A DNA stretch of 64,000 nt from Planctomycetota bacterium (GTDB taxonomy: Bacteria; Planctomycetota; UBA8108; SXIK01): positions 5,824,001 to 5,888,000 of the forward strand of contig CBDCXR010000004.1 of NCBI GenBank assembly GCA_965223845.1, read 5' to 3'. The translations under genes and the position numbers were made by a program. The notes under the pieces were generated by a model. It was not told where the DNA came from. It ran no database searches and saw nothing but the letters and a program-made list of their open reading frames with translations. Below, piece after piece: positions 1 to 10,501 of the stretch (within the stretch, counting starts at the first letter, position 1; the number at the start of each line of letters is the position of its first letter).

Positions 1-2091
1 TCCACCGGGGAGCCGCCGAGGATTCCACTGTGTCGCCGGAAAATCCGGCCCGCTGTCGAGTAGCAGATCGAGGCGCTCGACGATTGGCTCTCCGACCTTG
101 GGCCTGGCCTCGATCTCGACTCGCAACGGCGCGCCGGTGGCCGTCGCAGGCGGAAGCGAGATGCCGTGTTCGTTGAGGCTGACCACGAAGCTGCCCGATT
201 CCGATCGTTCGTCGAGCGAAACGCGCGCACTTCGTCCGCCCGCAGCGCTCACGAAGAGCCCGACCGAGCCCGATTCCTCCGAACTAGCTGGGACGCGAAG
301 CGTCTCCGGCATGCCGGCCCCGTCGACAGTGAATTCCAGTACGATATCTCGGTCTTCGTCGACCTCGGCCATGGAGACTCTCACGGCACTCTCCGCGTCG
401 CGGAGGTCGAAGGAGGGAGAATCGTCTTTCCCGCGCCTTTTGAGCCGCAGAAGCTGTAGTTGGGATGGCGAGGCGGGTGCGACAGCGATCTCGAAAAACT
501 GTATGAACTCCCGCGCGTTGCTTCCGAGGCGCCCGCGCAAGGCTAGAGCTCTCCGGACCACCGAGCGAGGATTCTCTCCGACTTCCTCACGGATCGCTTG
601 CAACATTACAGGGATGTTGAGCCGGATACGGTCGGGCTCGACCCGGATCCAACCTCGGTTGTCGGGCAAGACCGATTTCTCCTCAACCTGCGTCCGCTCA
701 GCGTTTATGCCCAAGATCAATAATTCGACGTCCGCAACGCCTTCCGGAATCTCGCGCGAGTCTCGTGTCTCGTTCGTTCTGAATCTCCACGGCTCGAACC
801 AGAGCACGCGCCGATCGTATTGGCGCTCCTGGAAGGTCCAAGATTCTTTTTCGACTTCCTCGTATCGGCCCTCGGGCGTCCCTTCCCAGAAGCTAGCAAT
901 TGGTTGTGGGGGCTGATTTCCGAACAGCACGAGCCACGCCACCACCAGCATGGCGATCGACAACAACCCGAGGAGTGTGGGCACGACTGCATCGCGCGGC
1001 GTGACCGTTCTCAACCACGCCGCATCGAACACCCGTCGGTAGATTTCGTTTCGTACGACTAATCGACTCCGTTCGTCGCGTCTCAGCAAGCCAGAGAGTC
1101 TTGCCAACGTGTGGAGCTTCGAAGCGCTATCGCGCATCGGCTTCCCCCGCAAAGCGGAACGATACAGCTTGAGTAGCTCGGCTGGTCGATCCGAGCGCTC
1201 AGACACGAAACTCGCGATCCGCTGGAAATGGGTGTCGTGCTCGGGCATCGAATCGAGGCTGACAAATCGCGTAGAAACGAGCTCGTCGAGCGCGTCAGTC
1301 TCGCGCAGTTCTTGCTCGACGACGTATCCGGCGAGACGTTGCGTCAGGTAGGGCTGGCCGGAAGTCCAACGCAGAATCGCATTAAGCATCGAGTCTGCGT
1401 CGGGAACTTCGCGAGCGAGGGCATCTCGAATCGGAGACAAGTCATCCTTCGCAGAATCGAAGTCCCGCAGGCTCACATTCTCGCCGACATTGAACGGCGT
1501 CGCCCGCTTGCTCTTAATGAGCTCGTCCGGAGCAGCGACTCCCACCAACGCAAAGGTCACGCGCTCGAAGTCGGGATGCCCGGCACGGTCGTTGTAGAGG
1601 CCTCGGATAGCGAAGAAGAAGTCGTCTGTATAGTCGAGCTCAAGAGTCGAGTCGATCTCGTCGATGATCGCGATCCATCGCTCGTCGTTTCCACCGACCA
1701 ACTGCTCGAAGAACGCGATCAGCCTCTGATTCGGCGTACCGTCCTGCTTCCGCCACCAGGCTGAGAGTCCGCCTTCAAGTTGAACCTCCCAGTCTCGAAC
1801 CAGCTTTCTCAGGAGCCCTCGGTACCACTCCGCGACTCCCTCCGGTCGGCCGAGTTCCGAGGCGAGATCGATCTTCGCGACTCGGCACCCGTTCTTTTCG
1901 AGTCGGTCACCGATTCGATTCATTAGGCTCGTCTTGCCGACCTGGCGCGCCGAGACGACGTTTGTGTACTCACTCCGCAAGAGCAGGTCAAAGACTCGAT
2001 TCTCGACATCACTGCGCACGACGTAGACGTGTCGCTTGAAGTCGAGCGCTCCGCCCGCACGAAGCATTCGGGGACGGTTTGATCCGTTCAA
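1..2091 (-). CDS. AAA_35 / STAND-class NTPase with a transmembrane helix and large C-terminal domain; runs off the window start (3' end missing)
   Basis: Not in the ORF track. I read the minus frame and found no stop from 2091 to 1. TTG at 2091 has a GAGGT SD-like motif upstream; alternative ATG at 2067. Translation MLRAGGALDFKRHVYVVR...VSARQVGKTSL (Walker A)...WIAIIDEIDS (Walker B)...RATPFNVG...WTSGQPYLTQRL...VRNEIYRRVF, then hydrophobic VVPTLLGLLSIAMLVVAWLVLFG (~919-987). Confidence 0.85.
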   Translation of the reverse strand, partial: MNGSNRPRMLRAGGALDFKRHVYVVRSDVENRVFDLLLRSEYTNVVSARQVGKTSLMNRIGDRLEKNGCRVAKIDLASELGRPEGVAEWYRGLLRKLVRDWEVQLEGGLSAWWRKQDGTPNQRLIAFFEQLVGGNDERWIAIIDEIDSTLELDYTDDFFFAIRGLYNDRAGHPDFERVTFALVGVAAPDELIKSKRATPFNVGENVSLRDFDSAKDDLSPIRDALAREVPDADSMLNAILRWTSGQPYLTQRLAGYVVEQELRETDALDELVSTRFVSLDSMPEHDTHFQRIASFVSERSDRPAELLKLYRSALRGKPMRDSASKLHTLARLSGLLRRDERSRLVVRNEIYRRVFDAAWLRTVTPRDAVVPTLLGLLSIAMLVVAWLVLFGNQPPQPIASFWEGTPEGRYEEVEKESWTFQERQYDRRVLWFEPWRFRTNETRDSREIPEGVADVELLILGINAERTQVEEKSVLPDNRGWIRVEPDRIRLNIPVMLQAIREEVGENPRSVVRRALALRGRLGSNAREFIQFFEIAVAPASPSQLQLLRLKRRGKDDSPSFDLRDAESAVRVSMAEVDEDRDIVLEFTVDGAGMPETLRVPASSEESGSVGLFVSAAGGRSARVSLDERSESGSFVVSLNEHGISLPPATATGAPLRVEIEARPKVGEPIVERLDLLLDSGPDFPATQWNPRRLPGG

Positions 2092-2122
2092 TTCCGAACC
2101 TCGCTAATCGAATCTCGGAGCG

Positions 2123-4171
2123 TCAAACGTTTTTGAAGTATCGTGCATAGAGCAGATTGGCGGGGACGACCTTCTTGCCGTCGCGTCTTACGAGTCCCGC
2201 GGCTTCGAGGCGATGGACCATGTCTCGAGCCGGCGTCCTCCGAGTTCTCATGAACTTTCGCAGCGGATCGAGTAGCTGGCCATCTGTGAGCAGGCCAAGC
2301 AAAGCTCGCAAGTGATCTCCGAACGGTCCCCGATCGTGATCCGCCATTTCGTCGAGATCGTCGAAGCTCATTCCTTCCTCGCGCATTCGGTAAAGAGATA
2401 GCCGGGTAAGATACGGATGGCCGCCTAGCAAATCGTGAATTCGAGGGATGTTTTGCTCTGCCAATACGCCGTGGTGAGATCGATTCAACTCGGCGCAGCC
2501 ATCTTCACCGAACGGACTGAGCCGAAGCGGGTCGGTAACGTTGAATGGAGAGCGATACGGGCTAGTGATCAGGAGAGATGGATCCGTGGAAATCGAGAGA
2601 GCCAGGCTGAACGCGTGGAACGGCCGCTCGATTCGCTCGTGCCAGCCGCGCAGCATCGTGTAAAAGTCTTCGGCGTATTTTCGTCCATACAAGCGATCGA
2701 CGTCGTCCAGCGCAAGGACGACAGGAGAGTTTTGATCCGCGCGCAATCTCTCCTCCACGAACTCGTTCATGTCGATCTGGTTTCGAATGGTGACGTTCTC
2801 ACGAGTTCCCTCTGACCGAAGGAGTGCACGCGCGAGTCCGGTCAGAAACGAGCCGTAGGATTCGAGATCATCGTGAGTAAAGTACAACGCCAAATTGACG
2901 AACCAGATTTTTCGTTCTCGTCTTTTGCAATCGAGCAGGTATCTAAGCAACAAGCTGCTCTTCCCGAATTGTCGAGGTGCCTTGAGCACCAGTGTCTCCT
3001 TGTCGTTCGCGGCTCGTCGTTCGACGATCGAATCCTCCCGACGCATGACATAGTGAGGATCGTGTTCGGGAATCTTGGCGTCGAAGAAGAGCACCCGCGG
3101 GTCCGCTTCGGAGAGAGGCCGGGGCGACTCTCGAGTGTCGGCCGGAACCGGGTCTTTACTCTGTGAGCCTTTTCGCGGCGTGCCGGCGGCATAAGGAGTG
3201 ATTTCGGTTGAAGAGATGTTCGACGACGGGTCCGCAATTGCCACGCACAGTTCGTCGAGAATCGCCTGGGAATCTTCGCGCGAAGAAAAGAACAGATGGT
3301 GCAGGTGGTCGACGAAGTGGCCGATCACCCAATCGAGGTCGTCGAGGTAGTTGACGCGAACCGGAAAGATTCGGAGCTTGCCTTCGCGAGCCCGACTGCC
3401 CGCGCGCTTGACTTCACCCATCACCGCCTCGCTGCTCGCTGAATGTTCTGAGAGAAGCAAAACGAAGCAGTCACACCAATCGACGCGTCTCGCGATGGTC
3501 AGCCACCAATCTTCACCCGCTTTGAGCCCGAGGTCCGCAAACACTTCGTGACTGGCACGGTTAAATCCATCAACGAGGAAGCGCGCTAGATTCTCTTCTG
3601 ACGGATTGCGGTGCGTATACGAAACAAACACCTTTCGCCGCGACTCGGACGAAATCTTGAGCGAAGAGGGGACTGCGTCGAGTTCGAGCGGGACCGGAGA
3701 GCCCAGGGGCTCCGGCACGACCTCCGGCTCTTCGCGTATCCTGCGGACCAGATTGCTGTAGCCTTCGTCGTCCGACACGTCGAAGAAAGTGTGTCCGCGA
3801 AGAGGCCGGGGAATGAGTTCCGATGAGCCAACGTCGAAGAGAACGGGGATGTACCGCCCCGGATCCTTTCGTTCGTACAGCTCGTTGTAGATTTGCCGGG
3901 CCTCCCAGATAACTCCGTTGCCGGTCTCGTCCTTCCCGGTCAGGCGACGGAAGTACTGGGCCGTGCAGACAAGGAGGATGAAGTCGGCGCTGCCGATGCG
4001 CTCCTCCATCCATCGCGGCCAGCCCTGTTCCGGCCAAGGTTCGAACCGATCGACCCACGCGTCGATGCCGTCTGTCCGAAGCCGCTGCGTCAGTCCGAGC
4101 ACGCGCTCTCGATGCTCGGGAGAGTCGTGACTGTAGCTCACGAAAACTTCGGGAGGATTTTCGGGCGACAT
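2123..4171 (-). CDS. SEFIR/TIR + TIR + AAA_35 (STAND-like) NTPase
   Basis: Two TIR-type starts (EVFVSYSHDS...GVIWE; KVFVSYTHR...SEAVMGEV), Walker A KAPRQFGKSS, Walker B VVLALDDVD, SPFNV, GGHPYL and C-terminal NLLYARYF, all typical of AAA_35 proteins. Confidence 0.9.
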   Translation of the reverse strand: MSPENPPEVFVSYSHDSPEHRERVLGLTQRLRTDGIDAWVDRFEPWPEQGWPRWMEERIGSADFILLVCTAQYFRRLTGKDETGNGVIWEARQIYNELYERKDPGRYIPVLFDVGSSELIPRPLRGHTFFDVSDDEGYSNLVRRIREEPEVVPEPLGSPVPLELDAVPSSLKISSESRRKVFVSYTHRNPSEENLARFLVDGFNRASHEVFADLGLKAGEDWWLTIARRVDWCDCFVLLLSEHSASSEAVMGEVKRAGSRAREGKLRIFPVRVNYLDDLDWVIGHFVDHLHHLFFSSREDSQAILDELCVAIADPSSNISSTEITPYAAGTPRKGSQSKDPVPADTRESPRPLSEADPRVLFFDAKIPEHDPHYVMRREDSIVERRAANDKETLVLKAPRQFGKSSLLLRYLLDCKRRERKIWFVNLALYFTHDDLESYGSFLTGLARALLRSEGTRENVTIRNQIDMNEFVEERLRADQNSPVVLALDDVDRLYGRKYAEDFYTMLRGWHERIERPFHAFSLALSISTDPSLLITSPYRSPFNVTDPLRLSPFGEDGCAELNRSHHGVLAEQNIPRIHDLLGGHPYLTRLSLYRMREEGMSFDDLDEMADHDRGPFGDHLRALLGLLTDGQLLDPLRKFMRTRRTPARDMVHRLEAAGLVRRDGKKVVPANLLYARYFKNV

Positions 4172-4792
4172 GGTGGGAACCGACCCCGGCGCTGCGCATC
4201 GAATGAACTCCCGCGCTGCCGGGTTCGTGTTTTGGGATTCCTATGCGTTGACGAATTTTCTCGAAGCGCCGAGATCAGTAGGCAAGTCTTCAGACGACGA
4301 GCCCGGCCGGTCACGTGTCGATACTCGCTGCGAAGGCTCATACTAATAAACGGGAACGAATGGTTGGAACCGCGAATCGTGAGAAAACCCGAGGTAAATC
4401 GGTTTCGTGTCGAGATCGAATTGGATCGATTCAACAGATTTTCTCTGAGCGTCCGTTCCGATTCTCTTCAACCATCGGTTCCGTCGAGGGAATAAACGAA
4501 ACGACACACTGGTAGGCAACTTCGGGGGTATGAAGGCGCGACGAGGTCGGGTTTGGATTTGGCCGAGCTAGCGCGTTGTCGCCCGCCGTTCGGCGGTTAC
4601 TCCGAGCTTTCGCAGCGAGAATCGACAGTTTCGCGCATATCGTGTAGCTCCGAACGCCTTCGTTGGCCTCACGTCCGGAAGGTAGGCCGACGGTCGCTTC
4701 GTCACGCTTCGTTAGCGCTCGCGGGGAAGCCTTCGATCGCCGGCTCTAGTCTGCCTCGCGGTTGAAGAGACGCGCCGAGTTCGAGCGAGAAC

Positions 4793-5572
4793 TCACTTCT
4801 GCGTCGCCAGCCGAACGAACTTGGGAGCGTCACTCCAGCCCTTCTCTAGGGCCACGCGCTCGAACATTCCGGGGAGCGGGGCACGAATCGTTCGCTCGCC
4901 GCCGAGGATGTCGGCCGGCAGCACGACCTCGGTGCAGTGAAGCAGAAAGTGCGGCACGCCGAATCGCTCGAGGAATTGCTCGGCGGGTCGAGGCTTTCCG
5001 TAGCGCCGGTCGCCGCCGAGGGGGTGCCCTTGCTGTGCGAAGAGCGCGCGCACGAGATGTCGGCCTCCGTCCCGAACGTTCGCTTCGACGAGGCTCAGGC
5101 GCTCGTCGCTCGCGATCGTGTGGTAGGAGAGCGCAGCGTCTCGACGTTCGTACCGGTGCCCGACGCGCGTCCGCAGCTTGCCCCGAATCTCCCCTTCGGC
5201 CGCGAGCGGGCCGGCGACGACGGCAACGTATCGCCTCTCGATCTCGCCCGCGCTGAACGCGGCCTGAAGGCGACGCGCCATCGCCCGGCGAGTCGCGAGG
5301 AGAAGAACACCCGTCGTCTCGAGATCGTGATGCTGAACCGGGAGCGGGCGCTTCCCCACCTTGAGGTCGAGGACGCCCGGATGGCACCGCCCCCACTCGG
5401 CGACGATGTCCGCGATTCCTCGATCGTGGCCCGTGCCTTCGTCGACGGGGATTCCGGCAGGCTTGTCGATCGCGAGGAGGCCGCCGCCCTGAAAGAGAAC
5501 GCGGTCGGGACCGAACTCGTCCGGTTCTTCGCGTTCCGCGCTGTCGCTCGGAGGTCGTTCGCCCGTCGCCAT
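4793..5572 (-). CDS. RluA-family pseudouridine synthase-like protein with degenerate motifs
   Basis: LLAIDKPAGIPV (motif I), VQHHDLETTGVLLLA (HRLD-equivalent), RRYVAVV, GHPLGGDRRYG, FLLHC. Confidence 0.75.
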   Translation of the reverse strand: MATGERPPSDSAEREEPDEFGPDRVLFQGGGLLAIDKPAGIPVDEGTGHDRGIADIVAEWGRCHPGVLDLKVGKRPLPVQHHDLETTGVLLLATRRAMARRLQAAFSAGEIERRYVAVVAGPLAAEGEIRGKLRTRVGHRYERRDAALSYHTIASDERLSLVEANVRDGGRHLVRALFAQQGHPLGGDRRYGKPRPAEQFLERFGVPHFLLHCTEVVLPADILGGERTIRAPLPGMFERVALEKGWSDAPKFVRLATQK

Positions 5573-5582
5573 CGCTCTCAGC

Positions 5583-6350
5583 TTACTGGCCGTAGTAGAT
5601 CCCGCCGTTGACGTGGATCACTTCCCCGCTGATGTACGCCGCCGCCGGCGAGGCGAGGAAGGCGACCGCACCGGCGACATCTTCATTCGTACCGGCTCGC
5701 TTCATCGGGACGTGCGAGAGGAGCTGCTCGAACATCGCGGGGTCGGTGTGCACTTCGTGAAATGCGTTGTCGATCACTCCCGGGGCGACCGAATTGATGG
5801 TGATCCCCTTCCCGGCGTAATCCTTCGTGAGCGTGCGCGCGAGATTCGACACCGCCGCTTTCGCCGGTCCGTAGTGGGGAGTCGTCGCCGCTCCGCCGTT
5901 GTGTCCGGCGACCGACGAGATGTTGATCACGCGACCGTCGCCGGTGCGGACCATATGCGGGATGACGGCTTTCGTTACCAGAACCACGCTCGAGAAGTTG
6001 AGGCGCAGGACCTCGTCGAGCAGCTCGGGGGTCAACTCCTCGAGATGCGCTCGCTTCACCATGCCCCCGGCGTTGTTGACGAGGATATCGATCCTTCCGG
6101 ATCCCAACGATAGCGCCTCTTCGACGACGCGGTTGATCTCCCCTTCTCGCGTCGCGTCGCCCTGGATGGCGACCGCGCGACGACCCAAATCTTCGATCGC
6201 GCCCGTAGTCGCGCGGGCTGCGTCCGCACTCTGGTGGTAGTTGATCGCGACGTCGGCGCCGAGGCTCGCGAGCTCGAGCGCGACGGCTCTTCCAATATCG
6301 CGCGCACCTCCGGTGATGAGGGCGGTCTTTCCGCTCAAATCAAACAGCAT
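5583..6350 (-). CDS. SDR family NAD(P)-dependent oxidoreductase
   Basis: TGGARDIG, LVNNAGG, INISS, YGPAK (YxxxK), NSVAPG, GEVIHVNGG. Confidence 0.92.
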   Translation of the reverse strand: MLFDLSGKTALITGGARDIGRAVALELASLGADVAINYHQSADAARATTGAIEDLGRRAVAIQGDATREGEINRVVEEALSLGSGRIDILVNNAGGMVKRAHLEELTPELLDEVLRLNFSSVVLVTKAVIPHMVRTGDGRVINISSVAGHNGGAATTPHYGPAKAAVSNLARTLTKDYAGKGITINSVAPGVIDNAFHEVHTDPAMFEQLLSHVPMKRAGTNEDVAGAVAFLASPAAAYISGEVIHVNGGIYYGQ

Positions 6351-6589
6351 GGCTCGTTCTCCGCGCCGGACAGCTCATCTCTACCGAGCCGGCCACCGTA
6401 CTCCCATGGTCCGGAAAAGCAAGCCTCGCCGCCATGCGCGGCAAAGCGGAGGTTCGATTGCACCCTTCAGCGCAAAAGGGTGAAGCGTGAACTCGCCCCC
6501 GGTCGATGCCTACCAAGTACGCCCAGGTCCTTCCGTCCCGATCGGATCTCCGGCGCTCCCACCGAACTCCGCCCCTCAACGACGCCTCG

Positions 6590-9500
6590 ATGAACCAAGC
6601 GACGCAATCCGGCGCCGTGCGCCCGAATCCTACCGCGGTTGTGGCGGCGAGCGTGGGATTTGGGATGACGCTCCTTGTCTGGACCGCAGTCGTCCACGCA
6701 TCGGGAGAATCGCTCTCGCTCAGTACGCTGGCGTCCGCGCACGCGGAGTTCCCGGCGCTGTTTCTCGTCGATCTCCTGCCGGTTGCCTTCGGCGTCTGCG
6801 CTTACCTGATAGCGAGCGGAATCACGAGTGCGAGCGGCACCGAGCGGTTCATGGCGAACGTCATCGATGCCTCGGGCCACGGACTCATCGTCTGTCGCAC
6901 CGACGGTACGATCGAGCGCGCGAGTCGCGCTGCGACCGAGATTTGCGCGGACGGGAAAGGACCGCTCGTCGGCCGCACGATCGGTTCCGTGCTCGACCGC
7001 GTCTGTATTGAACCGACTCGCGCGAGCCTCGTACTCGATCGCTCGCTCAGCGTTCCGTTCCTAGCCTCCGACGGGAGCTCGGTTTTTCTCGAGGTCCGTC
7101 TTTCTTCGTGCGAGTACCGCGGCGAGCCCCGCATTCTCTGTTCCGTCCGCGATCATACCGAGCGTCGTCGCGCCGCGGCCCAGCTCGATCGCGCGCGCCG
7201 TCGCTTGCAGTATCTGCTCGCATCGAGCCCGACGCTTCTCTACAGCACGAAGCCCGACGACAACTACGCCTGCACGTTCGTGAGCGAGAACATCCGCGAG
7301 GTCACGGGACATGAGCCTCACGAGATGCTCGAGGATCCGAACTTTTGGTACAACCACCTCCATCCCGACGACGCGGCCGGCGTGATGGAGGCGATGATGG
7401 TCCAGATCGAGCGCGGTGGAGGTACTCTCGAGTATCGTTTTCGCCGAAAGGACGACGACTATCGCTGGATTCAAGACGCGTACAAGGTCATCAGCGATCG
7501 ATCCGGACGGCTCGTCGAGATCGTCGGCACGTGGACAGACATCACGGAGGCCAAAGTCGCGCAAGCAGAGCGCGATCGCGTTTTCTCCCTGTCGATCGAC
7601 ATGATCGGGATCATGGACGATGCCGGCGTGCTTCGACGAGTGAATCCGGCGTTCGAGAAGACCCTCGGGTACTCGGAGGCGGAGCTCGTCGCAGGACCGA
7701 TTCACGAGCTCGTTCACCCGGCGGACCGCGATCACATGATGGAGACATGGCGCAGCCTGGAGGATCAGGACGCCGGCAGCCATTTTGAGCTGCGCTTTCT
7801 CTGCAAGGACGGTGCGTACAAGTGGCTGTCGTGGTCCGCGGCGCGCGAGAAGCGGGAAGGGCTCGTCTACGTCGTAGCGCGAGATGTGACCGCCTGGAAA
7901 GAGAACGAGGCCAGCCTCATCGCCGCGCGCGAATCGGCGCTCGAAGCCGTTCGCTCGAAGTCGGCCTTTCTCGCGACGATGAGCCACGAGATCCGCACGC
8001 CGATGAACGGGCTCCTCGGAATGCTCGGACTCCTCCTTCGCGGCGAGATCACCTCCGAGCAGCGAGAGATGATCGACACCGCGCGGAGCTCGGGCGAATC
8101 GCTACTCACACTGATCAACGACATACTCGATTTTTCAAAGATCGAGGCGGGTCGCCTCGAACTCGAAACGGTCGACTTCGATGTCGAAGATCTGCTCGAC
8201 GATTGCACCGCGCTCTTCGCGGAAGCGGCCGAAGCGCGGGAGATCGAGCTTTCCAGCCGGATCGCCTCCGGTGTTCCGTCGATGGTGAGAGGAGATCCGA
8301 CCCGACTCCGTCAGGTCCTCAGCAACCTCCTATCGAACGCGCTCAAGTTCACCGAGAGAGGATCGGTCGCGATCGACGTGCGTGCGCTCGACGCACCGGC
8401 GGGAGAAGCGAACGTCGAGTTCTCGATTCGCGACACGGGCGTCGGTATCGACGCGAACGCCAAGGACAAGCTCTTCCAAGCCTTTTCGCAGGCCGATGCC
8501 TCGACGACGCGTCGCTTCGGAGGCACAGGACTCGGTCTCGCGATCTGCAAACAGCTCGTGGAGCTCATGGGAGGCGAGATCAGCGTCGACAGCGCCCCTT
8601 CGGTCGGGACGACGTTCCGATTCAGCGTTCGCTTCACCGCGAGCGAAGCGAAAGCGGCCGGATTACCGGCAGTCGAAGAATGGCGCGGTCGTCGCGTTGT
8701 CGTCTTGGCCGGAAGTGAGAGAACTTGCGACGTCGTCGTCGACTATCTGACGCGGTGCGAAGCTCGAGTGCGACCGGTGTTCGGACTCGACGAAGCCGCG
8801 GCAGTGCTCGGACAATCGGTTGAGCCGGCCGTGGTGGTGATCGGGACGGCCCAGTACGGCGCCGCTCTTCAGCAAGCCATCGCGACGCTTCGCGAGGCGA
8901 CTCGCGGCGCGGTTCGCGTCGTAGCGATCGCCCCGGTGGGAACGGCGCGCAACTCCATCGAGTCGAACGGAGCGGACGCACTCATCTATCGCCCCGTGCG
9001 GCGGCGTCAACTCGTCGCGGCGATCTCTACTCGCGTCGACGAAGCGAGGGATCCGGACACGACACAGTCGTCCGACTCGATGTCGAATCTCCGACTCCTG
9101 CTCGCGGAAGACAACATCGTGAATCAGATGGTCGCCCGAAAGACCATCGGACCCTGGGTGAAGGAGCTCGACATCGTCGCCGACGGCAAGGCGGCGCTCG
9201 AAGCGATCTCGACCGGGAAGTACGATCTCGTACTGATGGATTGCCAGATGCCCGTGATGGACGGGTATCAGGCAACGATCGAAATCCGGCGCTGGGAGCG
9301 CGAAACCGAAAGCAAGCGGACTCCGATCGTCGCTTTGACCGCGAACGCGATGCAGGGCGATCGCGAACTGTGCCTCGAGCACGGGATGGACGACTATCTC
9401 ACAAAACCGATCAACGAGACGATCATCCGTCGGACGATCGAAAAGTGGGTCGAAGGAGCGAGCAGCGCCTGCTCGTCCTCGTCTCGTCCCGCGGGCGCGA

Positions 9501-9841
9501 TCGTCTCGCGTACGCTCGACGAGTTTCGACGAGTGATGGCGGACGAGTTCGAAGCGATCGTCGACGTGTTCCTCAGCGACGCCCCGGCTCAACTGGACGT
9601 GGCGGAACGCGCCATCGAGTTCGACGACCTCGCGACCGCTCAGCGCTCGATTCACTCCCTCAAGTCGACGAGCGCGAACTTCGGTGCGACGTGCCTCAAT
9701 CAGCTCGCCATCGCGGCGGAGCGCGCCGCGAGCGAGGGAGATCGACCCGAGTTTCTGCGCCTCTTCGCCGCGCTTCGGGCAGAGCTCGACAGCGTGATGC
9801 GCGAACTGCGCGAGATCGTCGATCGGGAGCCCGCGCACTGA
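6590..9841 (+). CDS. Membrane hybrid sensor histidine kinase (2 TM, PAS domains, HisKA, HATPase, degenerate REC, REC, Hpt)
   Basis: FLATMSHEIRTPMNG (H-box), NLLSNALKFT, DTGVGI, GGTGLGL, DLVLMDCQMP (REC), IHSLKSTS (Hpt). Start uncertain (6506 or 6590). Confidence 0.93.
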   Translation: MNQATQSGAVRPNPTAVVAASVGFGMTLLVWTAVVHASGESLSLSTLASAHAEFPALFLVDLLPVAFGVCAYLIASGITSASGTERFMANVIDASGHGLIVCRTDGTIERASRAATEICADGKGPLVGRTIGSVLDRVCIEPTRASLVLDRSLSVPFLASDGSSVFLEVRLSSCEYRGEPRILCSVRDHTERRRAAAQLDRARRRLQYLLASSPTLLYSTKPDDNYACTFVSENIREVTGHEPHEMLEDPNFWYNHLHPDDAAGVMEAMMVQIERGGGTLEYRFRRKDDDYRWIQDAYKVISDRSGRLVEIVGTWTDITEAKVAQAERDRVFSLSIDMIGIMDDAGVLRRVNPAFEKTLGYSEAELVAGPIHELVHPADRDHMMETWRSLEDQDAGSHFELRFLCKDGAYKWLSWSAAREKREGLVYVVARDVTAWKENEASLIAARESALEAVRSKSAFLATMSHEIRTPMNGLLGMLGLLLRGEITSEQREMIDTARSSGESLLTLINDILDFSKIEAGRLELETVDFDVEDLLDDCTALFAEAAEAREIELSSRIASGVPSMVRGDPTRLRQVLSNLLSNALKFTERGSVAIDVRALDAPAGEANVEFSIRDTGVGIDANAKDKLFQAFSQADASTTRRFGGTGLGLAICKQLVELMGGEISVDSAPSVGTTFRFSVRFTASEAKAAGLPAVEEWRGRRVVVLAGSERTCDVVVDYLTRCEARVRPVFGLDEAAAVLGQSVEPAVVVIGTAQYGAALQQAIATLREATRGAVRVVAIAPVGTARNSIESNGADALIYRPVRRRQLVAAISTRVDEARDPDTTQSSDSMSNLRLLLAEDNIVNQMVARKTIGPWVKELDIVADGKAALEAISTGKYDLVLMDCQMPVMDGYQATIEIRRWERETESKRTPIVALTANAMQGDRELCLEHGMDDYLTKPINETIIRRTIEKWVEGASSACSSSSRPAGAIVSRTLDEFRRVMADEFEAIVDVFLSDAPAQLDVAERAIEFDDLATAQRSIHSLKSTSANFGATCLNQLAIAAERAASEGDRPEFLRLFAALRAELDSVMRELREIVDREPAH

Positions 9842-9914
9842 CTTCGCGCCCGGAACGAAATCGGTTCCGTTTCGCGCTCGAGTTCACCGCTAGATCCGGA
9901 TGTGAACCCTCTCG

Positions 9915-10289
9915 ATGGCTCGCCGTCGACAATCTCCGCGGTTTCCGCTTCCCCTCGTCGTCAGCTGGACCCTCGCACTCGCGTCCGTAGCGGGTACGGG
10001 GGCACTCGTCGTGCTGCTCGACTGGCCCGCCTGGGCGGCCTACCTCGCTCCGCTCACCGCCGCGACGTTTCTCCTCTACGGCTTCGACAAGGCCGCAGCG
10101 CGACTCGATGGGCGCCGTGTTCCCGAGGCGACACTCCACCTGTTCATGATCGCCGGAGGCACCGCGGGCGCGTTGCTCGGACAAGCCGTGTTTCGTCACA
10201 AGACGGTAAAGTCCGCGTTCCGTCGGAAGTTCTGGGTTCTCTGTGTCGTGCAGATCGCGCTCATCGCAGCGTGGATCTGGTGGCGCTAG
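9915..10289 (+). CDS. DUF1294 family small membrane protein
   Basis: YGFDKAAA...RRVPEATL...GGTAGALLGQAVFRHKTVK signature. Confidence 0.88.
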   Translation: MARRRQSPRFPLPLVVSWTLALASVAGTGALVVLLDWPAWAAYLAPLTAATFLLYGFDKAAARLDGRRVPEATLHLFMIAGGTAGALLGQAVFRHKTVKSAFRRKFWVLCVVQIALIAAWIWWR

Positions 10290-10501
10290 GTCGCCCCGGC
10301 GGCGAGCCCCGCAATGGGCGGGGCGGGCGGCCTCCCCACTCGCGCGCGAGACCCGCTCGGCAGACTGGAAAATCGCCGGCAGCGCGGTAAGGTGCGAGCG
10401 TGTCGAGTCGCCCCTCGCGCGCCGCACGCGCTTCGTTCGCTCGAGTCTTCTCCGCCCTCCGCTGATCGATGGACCGCCCACGCTATCCGCGAATCGGATC
10501 G

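Noticed and set aside
4172-4792. Small ORFs or ncRNA in long intergenic gaps (also 15016-15640, 40725-41352, 57965-58483)
   Set aside because: I could not identify any protein motif, tRNA cloverleaf or riboswitch consensus. An Infernal/Rfam scan would be needed to exclude RNAs.
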